A stretch of 64,000 nt of DNA from an uncultured Pseudomonadota bacterium (GTDB lineage Bacteria; Myxococcota_A; Polyangia; Fen-1088): NCBI GenBank assembly GCA_963847705.1, contig CAWKBC010000027.1, positions 128,001-192,000 of the forward strand, read 5' to 3'. Below are positions 10,714 to 19,518 of the stretch, piece by piece. Below the pieces are notes generated by a model that was not told the origin of the DNA, did not search any database, and was given only the letters and a program-made list of their open reading frames with translations. Each line of letters opens with the position of its first letter. Position 1 is the stretch's first letter. The position numbers were made by a program, and so were the translations under genes.

Positions 10714-11385
10714 TCAGGACGTCGGCTGGGTGGCCACCATATCGAAGGAGAGGGTGACCACGTCTCTGATGCCGACGCTGCCGCTGACAAAGGAGAACGG
10801 TGTGATCTTGAAGTCGGTCTGGCGGATCTCGAATACGCCGATGGCGTGCAGGGTCCCCGCCTCCACGGAGACGCGCGCCGGGATCGTCACCTGGCGCTTG
10901 ACGCCGTGGAGCTTGAGCTCGCCCGTGAGGCGCTCGTCGTAGGTGCCGTCTCCGCGGCGTTCGGAAGTCACGCTGCGGCTTTTGAAGACAATGTCAGGAT
11001 ATTTCGCCGTCTCGAGGACGTCTTCGCGCAGGGCGGACTCGATGGACTGCCGGGCGCCGATGTCGTTCTCGCCCAGAAGGTGGAGTGAGCTCGCCTTCAC
11101 CGTCAGCGCCAGAGAAGCGCCTCGCCCCTCGTTGCGCGTGAAGGTGGCCTGGCCGCTGAAGTCACGGGCCTCGATCTTGTGATCGTGCGCGAACATGGCC
11201 GAGAGACCGGTGGTCTGCGTCTCGATGATGAAGCGACTCTTCTTGGCATCGACCTGGTACGACCCCTTCGAGGGCGGCGACGGCGACGCCTGCTTGTCCG
11301 GATTGGGTTGTCCGAAACTGGAGGATCCGATCCCGCCGGTGAGGCAGGCGAGGGCGACGAGGAAGAACCGATGGTTGTTTTTCAT
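10714..11385 (-). CDS. Exported YceI family protein
   Basis: Signal peptide; YQVDAKKSRF, VLETAKYPDIVFKS, LTGELKLHGV, QTDFKITP. Confidence 0.85.
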   Translation of the reverse strand: MKNNHRFFLVALACLTGGIGSSSFGQPNPDKQASPSPPSKGSYQVDAKKSRFIIETQTTGLSAMFAHDHKIEARDFSGQATFTRNEGRGASLALTVKASSLHLLGENDIGARQSIESALREDVLETAKYPDIVFKSRSVTSERRGDGTYDERLTGELKLHGVKRQVTIPARVSVEAGTLHAIGVFEIRQTDFKITPFSFVSGSVGIRDVVTLSFDMVATQPTS

Positions 11386-11397
11386 GTTCCGGCGTTT

Positions 11398-11413
11398 TGC
11401 AGCTCCAGTGCCA
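11398..11413 (-). promoter_or_regulatory. sigma54 promoter
   Basis: TGGCACTGGAGCTGCA. Confidence 0.75.
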
Positions 11414-11446
11414 ACCGCGATCTCGGTTCATTTCGCGTCCGGGGGG

Positions 11447-11489
11447 CGCACGATCTGCGCTCGTGAGCACGACGCGCGCAAAACTTGCG
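11447..11489. promoter_or_regulatory. Paired palindromic operator
   Basis: CGCA-cgatc-TGCG at 11447 and CGCA-aaact-TGCG at 11477, 30 bp apart. Confidence 0.7.
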
Positions 11490-11504
11490 GGCGGGACCGG
11501 GCGC

Positions 11505-12127
11505 GCGCTCTATTGCGACGGTTCGCTGCGCCAGCACGTGCCCCTTTCGCCGGCTCGCCGCCTGGGCGCCCAATCGTTGGTGGTCATCAACCCGCGGGGC
11601 GCGAGCGCGACGCTGGGCACCCCCGAAGAGCCCGCGCGAGAGCGGGCCTTTGCCGGGCCGGTCTTTCTCCTCGGGAAGGTCCTGAACGCCCTCAGCCTCG
11701 ATCGGGTCGACGGCGACATCGGTTGGAGCTCATCAATCGTGTGCTCGCCGCCGGAGAGCGCCAGTTCGGGCCTTCGTTTCTCTCCAAAATCAACGGAGAT
11801 CTCGGGGCCGAAGGCGGCGCCCCGGTGAACCCGATTCCGCTGCTTCACATTCAGTCGTCGGATGACCTCGGCAAGCTCAGCGCCGCCTACGTGCGTTCAC
11901 GTCGGTGTCGTGGCCGCCGACGGGGCCTGGTCGAGCATGTCCTCTCTCGGCTGGCCGAGCGCGAAACCGCCAACGAGGCCGACCTGCTCTCCTACCTGCT
12001 CTTCGACGGTCCGTTCGCCCGCGAGCTCGTCGACCTCGGCCGGCGGGACGCCCGACAGCGGCACGATCAGATCGCGAGCTTCTTTTGCGCGGTCATCGAG
12101 TCGCGAGCGGCGGGAGCGGCAGCGTGA
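11505..12127 (+). pseudogene. Patatin-like phospholipase, C-terminal half, frameshifted
   Basis: YCDGSLRQHVPLSPARRLGA...LLGKVLNALSLDRVDGDI, then a frame change near 11720 to LELINRVL...ADLLSYLLFDGPFARELVDLGRRDA; the N-terminal GxSxG half is absent. Confidence 0.7.
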
Positions 12128-12159
12128 CCGCGGACGGCCGGTAGCCTCGCACGCGGGTC

Positions 12160-12242
12160 GGGCGGGCCGGGTTCGTCAGCGTTCCCGGGTCGTCGCTGCC
12201 GTACCAGCTCGAGATCTCGCGGATGCGATCGTTCATGCCCAT
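12160..12242 (-). pseudogene. Class I fructose-bisphosphate aldolase, N-terminal relic
   Basis: GAGGAGG RBS followed by MGMNDRIREISSWYGSDDPGTLTNPAR, matching the start of FbaB/DhnA-type aldolases; similarity ends after about 27 codons. Confidence 0.55.
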
Positions 12243-12257
12243 CGACCCTCCTCACGC

Positions 12258-12995
12258 TCAGTCGCCTGGGGTGCCGACCCAGGGTCGTTTGAGCCGGCTC
12301 CGAAACTGGCGGGCCTGTTCGACCAGCTCGGCGAGGTGGCGGGCGCCGCCATGGCTTCTGTCCCGGGCGCGAATCTCCGCGGCATGCAGGCGCGCTTCGA
12401 GGTGTGTCCAGTGACGCTTCACGTCCTGGCTGGCGAGCTCGAGATCGGCACGAATCTCGTGGCGCAGGGTCTTCAGCACCTCCAGGCTGTTCAGCACCAC
12501 ATCGGACAGCTGGGTTTCGATCCCGGCGGGCGCCTCCTCCCAGGTGGTGCTCATCCTGCGGGCGATCTCCCCGAGGGCGAGGGCGACGCGCTCGAGATCG
12601 ATGTCGCCATTGCCGTCCCAGACGGCCCCTTGCCGGGCGATGTCGTCGAGCGAAACGACGCCCATCAGGCGATTGTCGGCGGCGACGACGACCAGCCGGT
12701 GAACGCCGTGAGCCATCATCAGTCCCACCGCCTCCTCGGCAGTCGCCGAGGCCGGACAGGTCCAAACCGGATGCGACATGACCAAGCTGACCGCGATGTC
12801 GTCGAGCCGCCGGCCCTGCGTGTAGGCCGCCATGCTGACGTCGCGATCGGTGATCATGCCGACGACGCGTTCACTCTCGTCGACGACAGGGACACACCCG
12901 CACCGGCGCTCCCACATGATTTGCGCCGCTCGGTTCAGGCTGTCGGCGGCCGGGCAGGTCGTCACCTCCGTGGTCATGAGCTCGGAGACTTTCAC
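12258..12995 (-). CDS. CBS-domain protein with C-terminal helical extension
   Basis: GTG start overlapping the upstream stop (GTGA); VSELMT, CGCVPVVD, VGMITDRD, VHRLVVV. Confidence 0.85.
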   Translation of the reverse strand: MKVSELMTTEVTTCPAADSLNRAAQIMWERRCGCVPVVDESERVVGMITDRDVSMAAYTQGRRLDDIAVSLVMSHPVWTCPASATAEEAVGLMMAHGVHRLVVVAADNRLMGVVSLDDIARQGAVWDGNGDIDLERVALALGEIARRMSTTWEEAPAGIETQLSDVVLNSLEVLKTLRHEIRADLELASQDVKRHWTHLEARLHAAEIRARDRSHGGARHLAELVEQARQFRSRLKRPWVGTPGD

Positions 12996-14296
12996 GACAG
13001 CGCCTTTGTCACCGGAATTACCAGGACCGGCTTCGAAGAGCCCCAGACGACGTTCTCCGTGGTCATGCCGTGGTTTTCCGGGTGGGCGGCGGTGCCACCG
13101 TGTGACGCCATTACGACCAGATCGGGCGCGAACCGGCGGATCGCTTTGATGATGGCCTCTCCCGGCACGAAGTCGGCGGTGACGAACGTTCGGGTGCGAA
13201 TCTTGGCGCCCTCGACCTCCGGGGGAACCAGAGCCAGGAGGCAAGTCTCGATCTCCTCCTGGCGCGTCGGCTCGAGACCGAGGCGGTCGGGCTTGGCCAC
13301 GTGGGCGAGGACGACGTCGCCGCCGCCCGGCTGGAGCATCCGGTAGGCCTGCGCGATCGCCACATTGCCCGAAGGAGAAAAGTCGGTCAGCGCCAGCACC
13401 GTTCGGACTGGCGCGAGCGGCTCCGGCGTGGCCACTGAGTCTTGCTTGGGAACACACACGATTGGTACGTGCGAGCCCCTGACCGTCGCAAGAGCGGTCG
13501 ACCGACGGGTCTGACTCGTTCCGATGATGAGGAGGTCGGCGTTGTCTGTCTCGGCCTCCCAGGCCAGCGGATCCTCCTCGCCACCCCAGTCCGGACGGAC
13601 GTGCAGGGCGAAGTCGCTGCCCACCTGGGCGTGAACGTGGATCCGCAGATCGCGGGCCAACGTCTCTACGACCTCGCGATTCACCTCGAAAGGCATCGGC
13701 GGATCGAACCCCAGGCGCTCGTGCTCGCGTGCCGGCGAGTAGAGGTGGACGAGGCGAACGTTGCAAGACGCGCGTTCGAGCAGCCCGCGCAGCCAGGCGA
13801 GCGCCGCGTCGCTGGCCGGCGAAAAGTCGATTCCCACCACGACCTCGAGAGGGGCGTTCGTCCGCGGGCTGGCCGGCCCGTCCTGCATGCCCGCCGGGAT
13901 CACGACGATCGGGCAGGGGGCCGTCCGGATGGCGTGCTCGGCGACGCTGCCCAGAAAGAGGCGCGCCGCCCCTTTTCGCGAGTGGGTTCCGAGCACGAGC
14001 AGGTCGGCGCCAATCGCGCTGGCGTGGCGAACAATGTCATCCCGCACGCCGAACTGCACACATGTTCGGACGTCGATTCCCGTCGCTCGCAAGGGCTCGG
14101 CTTGGGCGGAGATCGTCGCTTCAGCCGATGAACGCATGTCCTCGATCATCTCGTCCAGCACATCGGGCGAAAACGGCAAGTCGAAGACGTGAAACAGCTC
14201 GAGCGGAAGCCGCAGCAACCGGCTGAAGTCCGCAGCCTTCGAGACGACAGCTGTAGACCCAGAGGAGAGGTCGGTTGCGCACATGATGATGCTCAT
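12992..14296 (-). CDS. Universal stress protein (three USP domains)
   Basis: CATDLS, LVLGTHSRKGAARLFLGSVAE, VGIDFS, LTDFS, VMASHG. Confidence 0.9.
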   Translation of the reverse strand: MSIIMCATDLSSGSTAVVSKAADFSRLLRLPLELFHVFDLPFSPDVLDEMIEDMRSSAEATISAQAEPLRATGIDVRTCVQFGVRDDIVRHASAIGADLLVLGTHSRKGAARLFLGSVAEHAIRTAPCPIVVIPAGMQDGPASPRTNAPLEVVVGIDFSPASDAALAWLRGLLERASCNVRLVHLYSPAREHERLGFDPPMPFEVNREVVETLARDLRIHVHAQVGSDFALHVRPDWGGEEDPLAWEAETDNADLLIIGTSQTRRSTALATVRGSHVPIVCVPKQDSVATPEPLAPVRTVLALTDFSPSGNVAIAQAYRMLQPGGGDVVLAHVAKPDRLGLEPTRQEEIETCLLALVPPEVEGAKIRTRTFVTADFVPGEAIIKAIRRFAPDLVVMASHGGTAAHPENHGMTTENVVWGSSKPVLVIPVTKALS

Positions 14297-14308
14297 GCCG
14301 CGTGTAGG

Positions 14309-14324
14309 AGCAGCAATCGTGCCG
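14309..14324 (-). promoter_or_regulatory. sigma54 promoter for the usp-CBS operon
   Basis: CGGCACGATTGCTGCT. Confidence 0.75.
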
Positions 14325-14365
14325 CCCCGAGGGCCCCCGAAGCCTGCACAAAAGCGAGCAGCAGG

Positions 14366-14408
14366 CGCGAAAACTGCGGCACCGGACTCGGGGCATGCAG
14401 GATCTGCG
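14366..14408. promoter_or_regulatory. Paired palindromic operator between divergent sigma54 promoters
   Basis: CGCG-aaaac-TGCG at 14366 and TGCA-ggatc-TGCG at 14396, 30 bp apart. Confidence 0.6.
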
Positions 14409-14451
14409 CAGGTCGGCCAATCACGGACGACCTTTTCAGACCGTGGGTGAT

Positions 14452-14467
14452 TGGCACGGCACCTGCG
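14452..14467 (+). promoter_or_regulatory. sigma54 promoter
   Basis: TGGCACGGCACCTGCG. Confidence 0.7.
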
Positions 14468-14481
14468 AGGGGGAGGGTGCC

Positions 14482-14853
14482 GTGATTAGCTGGATTCTTC
14501 TTTGCCTTGCGGGCGCAGCGACCTCGACCACTCAACCCGAGGCGGTGCGCCGCGACGTCGTGGTCGATCTGTCAGATGACTGGGTGCCCCGCATGCTGAC
14601 GGATGACCCGACCCGCGGGGAGCTCGGGCGCAATCCCTATCGGGCCGAGTTCGTGCGTCTGGCAAACCGGCCCGCGGATTCCGACGAGCGCTTCCTCGAG
14701 TTCTACGGAATTCCACCCGGCCTGACGGTGGTCGGGGCTCGTCTGACTGACGACGCTTGTCACCTCTGTCACGCGGCGGTTCCACCAATGCCCGCGCGAT
14801 CGACGCCCGGGAAGATGCGGGACGTCCTGCTGGATGTCGCTGTTCAACGGTGA
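14482..14853 (+). pseudogene. Truncated exported protein (N-terminus of a larger myxobacterial family)
   Basis: Signal-like start, VVDLSDDWVP...NPYRAEFVRLAN...FLEFYGIPP, then an early stop. From recall it resembles the start of long peptidoglycan-binding-domain proteins. Confidence 0.4.
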
Positions 14854-14903
14854 TCCGGTGTTGGTATAAGTCAGGCTCCACCGTTGGGAAGTGCGGGATC
14901 GCG

Positions 14904-15266
14904 ATGGCAAGGTTTTGCCGCGTACTGATCGTTGATGACAACGTCGGCCTTGCCGAGAACATCGCCGAGATCCTGGAGATCGATCGCCACTCGGCAGTCG
15001 TAGTGGCAAGCGCCGAGGAGGCCCTCGCGAAAGCTCCCGAGAGCGCTCCCGAGGTCGTGGTGACCGACTACCGGCTGCCCGGAATCAACGGTGCCGTTCT
15101 ACTCAATCGGTTCCGACAGATGGGAGTCCGGGTTCGTGCGGTGGTCATCAGCGCGTACACCGACGAGCGGACGATCCGTGAAGCGAAGGATGCCGGCGCG
15201 GACTTCATCGCGAAGCCCATCGACTTCAGGCGGCTCTCTCAGTTGGTTCGAGAAAGCTCCGTGTAG
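14904..15266 (+). CDS. Single-domain response regulator (receiver)
   Basis: VLIVDDN, VVTDYRLPGING, ISAY, FIAKPID. Confidence 0.9.
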   Translation: MARFCRVLIVDDNVGLAENIAEILEIDRHSAVVVASAEEALAKAPESAPEVVVTDYRLPGINGAVLLNRFRQMGVRVRAVVISAYTDERTIREAKDAGADFIAKPIDFRRLSQLVRESSV

Positions 15267-15363
15267 CCGCTGACGAGCAGGGACCGAAGACGTAACTCTT
15301 TCGCCGTTCCCGTTCGTCGGGCGCACATCTGCGCGATTGTCGGCGCGCACGACCGGCAAGTCG

Positions 15364-15415
15364 GTACGACCTTCGTCGGGTCGATGATTCCGGCCTCGAC
15401 CAGGTCGACGTAGCG
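15364..15415 (-). pseudogene. groEL C-terminal micro-relic
   Basis: Minus-strand RYVDLVEAGIIDPTKVV, the conserved GroEL GIIDPTKV motif, with no surrounding ORF. Confidence 0.6.
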
Positions 15416-15429
15416 GCACTTGCGGACGC

Positions 15430-15837
15430 TCAGCCGCGATCGGGCATCGGCGTGTACATCTCGGCGACGATACGGCCAAGGAGATCGCCCCGCGTGACCA
15501 TGCCGACCAGCTTCCGGTCGATGACGACAGGGAGGCAGCCGATCCGGAACGAGAGCATCCGGGCGGCGACCTCCCCGAGGTCGTCATCGGGGGAAGCGAC
15601 CTTCGCCGGCGTAACCATCGCGGCACGCACCACATCGGTCGGTGAATCAAGCCGGTGGCCCTCTCCGAGCCAGGCGAGAATGTCCCGCTCAGAGATTACG
15701 CCCACCACCTCGCGGTCTCGGACCACGGGCAGATGGCGGCAGCGCGCCCAGGTCATCTTGTGGGCGGCGGCCGCCAAGCTGTCGTCCTCTCCGGCCTGCA
15801 ACAAATTGTCGGTCGTCATTACCTCGCGAACCTTCAT
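15430..15837 (-). CDS. CBS-domain pair protein
   Basis: MKVREVMT...RHLPVV...VGVISERDI...IGCLPVV...LVGMVTRGDL; GGAGG RBS. Confidence 0.9.
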   Translation of the reverse strand: MKVREVMTTDNLLQAGEDDSLAAAAHKMTWARCRHLPVVRDREVVGVISERDILAWLGEGHRLDSPTDVVRAAMVTPAKVASPDDDLGEVAARMLSFRIGCLPVVIDRKLVGMVTRGDLLGRIVAEMYTPMPDRG

Positions 15838-15919
15838 GGTCGTATCCTCCCTTTCGAACCTGCTGTTAGAACCAGAACCCCATGACCATCCCAGGCATGG
15901 CCCAACTGAAGACCTTGTT

Positions 15920-16387
15920 TCAGGCGAAGCCGCCCGCATCGAAATTGTCTGAAGCGGCGAACGACAGGCCAGCGTCGAGAGATATCCCCGTTCCACCCGA
16001 GAGCCAGCGCACTCCCGCCCGGGGACCGATCGCCGGAAAGTACTGATGAAGGGAAGGATGGGCGAAGTACTCGGCCATGAGCGCGAAGTGCGGGCTCATG
16101 TCTCGCCACCTGCCGGGTGTCGCGGAGATCCCGATACCGCCGGCATAGGCCGGGCCGCACGAGGTGTCACAGACGACGACGGGGAGAAGCTGGGCTTCGG
16201 CATTGAGCCCGAACGCGCCTCGTTCGAACGCAACCCTGAAGCCCAGACCGCCGACGACGTGGTCGGCGGTCATGGCGGGAACCTGCAGCTGCTCGTGGAC
16301 CGTCCAGGGTATCGCACTTCCGCCCGTGATGGTCGCGGCCTGCGCGACCACGGAGGCGAGCACCAGCAGGAGAGGCAAAGCAATCAT
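15920..16387 (-). CDS. Hypothetical exported protein (beta-strand rich, possibly truncated)
   Basis: Signal peptide MIALPLLLVLASVVAQA; start overlaps the BON gene stop. Confidence 0.55.
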   Translation of the reverse strand: MIALPLLLVLASVVAQAATITGGSAIPWTVHEQLQVPAMTADHVVGGLGFRVAFERGAFGLNAEAQLLPVVVCDTSCGPAYAGGIGISATPGRWRDMSPHFALMAEYFAHPSLHQYFPAIGPRAGVRWLSGGTGISLDAGLSFAASDNFDAGGFA

Positions 16388-17082
16388 GGAGCGTGATCCT
16401 CCGAGACCACGTCGAGACGGTCGTCGATCGTCTGGACACCGCGGGTTCCCCGGATGGCTCCCAGGACGGCCAATCGCTCCTCCCGTGATTGCACGACACC
16501 TTCCACGACCACGCGTCCTCCCTCGACCCGGACGACGATGTGCGATGCCTCGCGAACGGCACGCCGGTTCAGCGCCTGTCGAATGGAGGCCGCGACGGCG
16601 TCGGGTTCGGCCATCCGGCTGACCTCGAGGTGATTCTCCAGCCGCTTGATCCCCTTGAGCCGACCGACGATCCGCTCAGCCTCCTCACGTTGGATCGGCG
16701 TGGTGACGATTCCGTGCAAAACGACGACTCCCCCCGCCACCGTCGACTGGATATCCCCGTCCGGAACCAGCGCGTCCCACTCGAGCGCGTGACGAACCGC
16801 CTTCGCGATGTCGGTGTCGGTCAGGTGGCTAGACAGGGTGTTCCGCGCCTGGAGCTCGTTTGCGACGTCCTTGACGCCGGCCACACGATGGGCCGCTTCG
16901 ACCGCGGCGAGGCAGGTCGCCCAGTCTTCGACGGTTCCACCGAGCGTCACGACGCCGTGATCGACCTGAACGCCGATCTGCTTGTTGCCGACCCGGCTGT
17001 CCCAGCTCAGCTCACTCATGACGTCGTTGCGAATATCGGAGTCGGTCTTGCCCGGCGGGGCGTGGAGAGTGTTGTTGGTCAT
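16384..17082 (-). CDS. BON-domain protein (three BON domains, OsmY-like)
   Basis: KTDSDIRNDVMSELSWDSRV...GVVTLGGTV...AAHRVAGVKDVANEL, repeated about three times. Confidence 0.9.
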   Translation of the reverse strand: MTNNTLHAPPGKTDSDIRNDVMSELSWDSRVGNKQIGVQVDHGVVTLGGTVEDWATCLAAVEAAHRVAGVKDVANELQARNTLSSHLTDTDIAKAVRHALEWDALVPDGDIQSTVAGGVVVLHGIVTTPIQREEAERIVGRLKGIKRLENHLEVSRMAEPDAVAASIRQALNRRAVREASHIVVRVEGGRVVVEGVVQSREERLAVLGAIRGTRGVQTIDDRLDVVSEDHAP

Positions 17083-17094
17083 GGGACTCACAAG

Positions 17095-17110
17095 AGCAAC
17101 GGTTGTGCCG
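17095..17110 (-). promoter_or_regulatory. sigma54 promoter for the BON gene
   Basis: CGGCACAACCGTTGCT. Confidence 0.75.
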
Positions 17111-17115
17111 GAGAC

Positions 17116-17622
17116 TCAGCCCCGGGGCCGATAGTCGGCGTGGCAACGGACGCAGGTCTCGGAGAGCCTGCCGTACGCCTCCGCGACCTGATACGGAATG
17201 GCTGCTCGGCCAGCGGTGGCGAGCGCGTGTGCCGCCGCCTTCAGATCGTCTTGACGCACGAAGAACCTCTCAGGGATCGAAGCGGTGAGCTCGGTCGCGT
17301 CGTTCGAGGTCGGGCGGCTCAGATTGACGTCGGATGCGATCTTGTCCGCGCGCGTGATGATGTCCGAGTACTCGAGCAGCATGATGGCGGCTACCAGCTG
17401 GCTCATGTCCTCTGCATGGGACGACATCCGGTCCCTCAGGAGGGCTCTTGCCGTGGGGGACAACGGTTCCGGTGGGCCCTCCCGGTCCGGTGCTGTGATG
17501 GCCTGGGTGAGCTGCGCCATCTGCGGTGGTTGGTTTGCGTCCGGGCTCGCGCATGAAGTGGAGAGGACCGTCGCGCCGGCGATCGCCAGCAGAAAGATTC
17601 CGAATCGATCGTTGTTCGTCAT
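17116..17622 (-). CDS. Monoheme cytochrome c lipoprotein (cytochrome c'-like)
   Basis: Lipobox-like LSTSC; helical body; single C-terminal CVRCH. Confidence 0.75.
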   Translation of the reverse strand: MTNNDRFGIFLLAIAGATVLSTSCASPDANQPPQMAQLTQAITAPDREGPPEPLSPTARALLRDRMSSHAEDMSQLVAAIMLLEYSDIITRADKIASDVNLSRPTSNDATELTASIPERFFVRQDDLKAAAHALATAGRAAIPYQVAEAYGRLSETCVRCHADYRPRG

Positions 17623-17635
17623 GCCTTGGGGCTTG

Positions 17636-17651
17636 AGCAATATGAGGGCCA
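17636..17651 (-). promoter_or_regulatory. sigma54 promoter for the cytochrome c gene
   Basis: TGGCCCTCATATTGCT. Confidence 0.7.
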
Positions 17652-17684
17652 CGCATGCCCGCGGCGTGTCGCGGGGCCCGGGCG

Positions 17685-17727
17685 CGAATATTGTGCGTTC
17701 TGTGACGGCTTCGGCGCAGGACATGCG
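17685..17727. promoter_or_regulatory. Paired palindromic operator between divergent sigma54 promoters
   Basis: CGAA-tattg-TGCG at 17685 and CGCA-ggaca-TGCG at 17715, 30 bp apart. Confidence 0.6.
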
Positions 17728-17793
17728 CGTGGGATCGATCGGGAGGGGGATCAGATCGCTGCCGCCGCCGAGCAGGTCACCGGGCGGCTGCCA

Positions 17794-17809
17794 TGGCACT
17801 CGATGTGCA
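17794..17809 (+). promoter_or_regulatory. sigma54 promoter for the usp-osmC-ppk2 operon
   Basis: TGGCACTCGATGTGCA. Confidence 0.75.
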
Positions 17810-17844
17810 ATGTCAATTGGCAGCTTTCAACCGGAGAAAAAATC

Positions 17845-18099
17845 ATGCAGACCACGAATCAGAAGTTGAGCTTGGGCGCCGCGGTGGAGATGTTGTGCCA
17901 GCACGCCGGCGCGGTCGCGGCAGACGGCGCCTCTGCCACGGATCTCGTCGCGCGCCGTCTAGAGCGCGTTCTCGTGCGCGGCGGCAACCAGCGCCTGGCA
18001 GCTGCCCTTGCGGCTCTTGCGCAGGAGCTCACATCGGTCTCTTCGGGGACGAAGCGACAGCCAAAGGCCGAGCAGCTTCTGTTCGCTCGCGCTGCTTAA
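17845..18099 (+). CDS. Small hypothetical protein
   Basis: GGAGA RBS and MQTTNQKLSLG start; first gene after the sigma54 promoter. Confidence 0.55.
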   Translation: MQTTNQKLSLGAAVEMLCQHAGAVAADGASATDLVARRLERVLVRGGNQRLAAALAALAQELTSVSSGTKRQPKAEQLLFARAA

Positions 18100-18126
18100 C
18101 GAGAAACGCTGGACGAGGTCACTGCC

Positions 18127-19497
18127 ATGACGATCATTTGTGCCACCGACTTTTCGCCTTCTTCGGAGACGGCAACACGGCTGGGCATTGCGATGGCTCG
18201 GCGGAGAGGCGACACGCTCCTGCTCCTGCACGTGCTCGAGCCGCTCCCGGTGGATCCCGTCGGTGCGGGGATCCGCTTGGTGGACTGGGACGACGAGATG
18301 TTCACCACCGCCCAGGCCCAGCTCGAGAATCAGGCCAATGAGCTCCGCAAGAGCGGTCTCACGGTCGAAAGCCGCGTGGAGCAAGGGTATGCGGCGGCGG
18401 TCGTTCTCGATGCGGCACGCGCGACGAAGGCTTCTTTGATCGTCGTCGGATCGCATGGGCGAAAGGCCGTGGCTCGCCTGATTCTGGGAAGCTGTGCGGA
18501 GAGGATCGTGAGCTCGGCCCCCTGTCCGGTCTTGGTGGCAAGAGACAACTGCGCCGACGTGTCGCGGTGGGAGTCGACCGTGCCTCTTCGGCTGGCCGTG
18601 GTGACCGACGGATCGAGCGCGAGCAGCGCGGTGTTCTTCTGGGTTCGGACCGCGGCCCCGACCTCCCCGAGCGACGTCACACTGATCCGCTCTTACTGGC
18701 CGCCCCAGGAGGGTGCGCGCTACGGGATCGACGATCCCTGGCAGGGAAACGAAGGTCATCCCGAGTTGCTCAAACTGATCGAGCGAGATGTACGGCGCGA
18801 ATCAGCGGCGCTCGCTGGGCCACAGCTTCCGCCACTCCGGCTTCGTGTCGCGGTCCGCGACGCGGGTGAAGAGCTGGTCGCCGACGCAGCGGAGATGGGC
18901 GTCGACGCGCTGGTGATTGGAATCCCGAAGCATCGCCTCGGTCACTGGACACCGATCGCGCCGAAATCCGTCCTGAGGGCGGCGACGCGGCCGGTGTTCT
19001 GCGTTCCCGAAGGGATTGCGCCCTCCGTCCACCACATCCCGCGGTTCCGCTCGGTCCTGATCGCTTCGGATCTGTCCGACCTCGCCCACCAGGCGATCTT
19101 GCCGGCTTACGGCCTGCTGGCGGGCGGCGGCCAGGCGCATCTCTGTTTCGTCCAGGAGCAGGAGCAACCGGTGGCCGGAGGGGCGGTCTCTATGAAGCGG
19201 TCGCTGACGGCCGAGGAGCGGGGGACAATCGAAGCCAAGCTTCGGTCGCAGGTCCCAACCGAGGCCGCCGACCACGGAATCGGGACGTACGTCACCGTGT
19301 TGGAAGGGCAGTCGGTCGCGGGCGAGATCCTGCAAGCGGCCGAAAGGTTGGACGTCGACGCCATCGCCTTGGCTTCGCACGGTCGAACGGGCATTGGACG
19401 GGTTTTGCTCGGCTCGGTCGCCGAGGAGGTGGCTCGCAAGTCTTCGCGGCCTTTGCTCATCATCCACGCGAAGACGGGCGATGCACGTGCTGAGTGA
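18127..19497 (+). CDS. Universal stress protein (three USP domains)
   Basis: IICATDFS, VVGSHGRKAVARLILGSCAE, ASDLS, ASHGRTGIGRVLLGSVAE. Confidence 0.9.
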   Translation: MTIICATDFSPSSETATRLGIAMARRRGDTLLLLHVLEPLPVDPVGAGIRLVDWDDEMFTTAQAQLENQANELRKSGLTVESRVEQGYAAAVVLDAARATKASLIVVGSHGRKAVARLILGSCAERIVSSAPCPVLVARDNCADVSRWESTVPLRLAVVTDGSSASSAVFFWVRTAAPTSPSDVTLIRSYWPPQEGARYGIDDPWQGNEGHPELLKLIERDVRRESAALAGPQLPPLRLRVAVRDAGEELVADAAEMGVDALVIGIPKHRLGHWTPIAPKSVLRAATRPVFCVPEGIAPSVHHIPRFRSVLIASDLSDLAHQAILPAYGLLAGGGQAHLCFVQEQEQPVAGGAVSMKRSLTAEERGTIEAKLRSQVPTEAADHGIGTYVTVLEGQSVAGEILQAAERLDVDAIALASHGRTGIGRVLLGSVAEEVARKSSRPLLIIHAKTGDARAE

Positions 19498-19518
19498 GGC
19501 GGGGTCGCCGAGGCGGTC

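Noticed and set aside
15322-15333. Another copy of the regulon palindrome
   Set aside because: The spacer is 4 nt (CGCA-catc-TGCG), it has no partner at 30 bp, and it lies between convergent genes.
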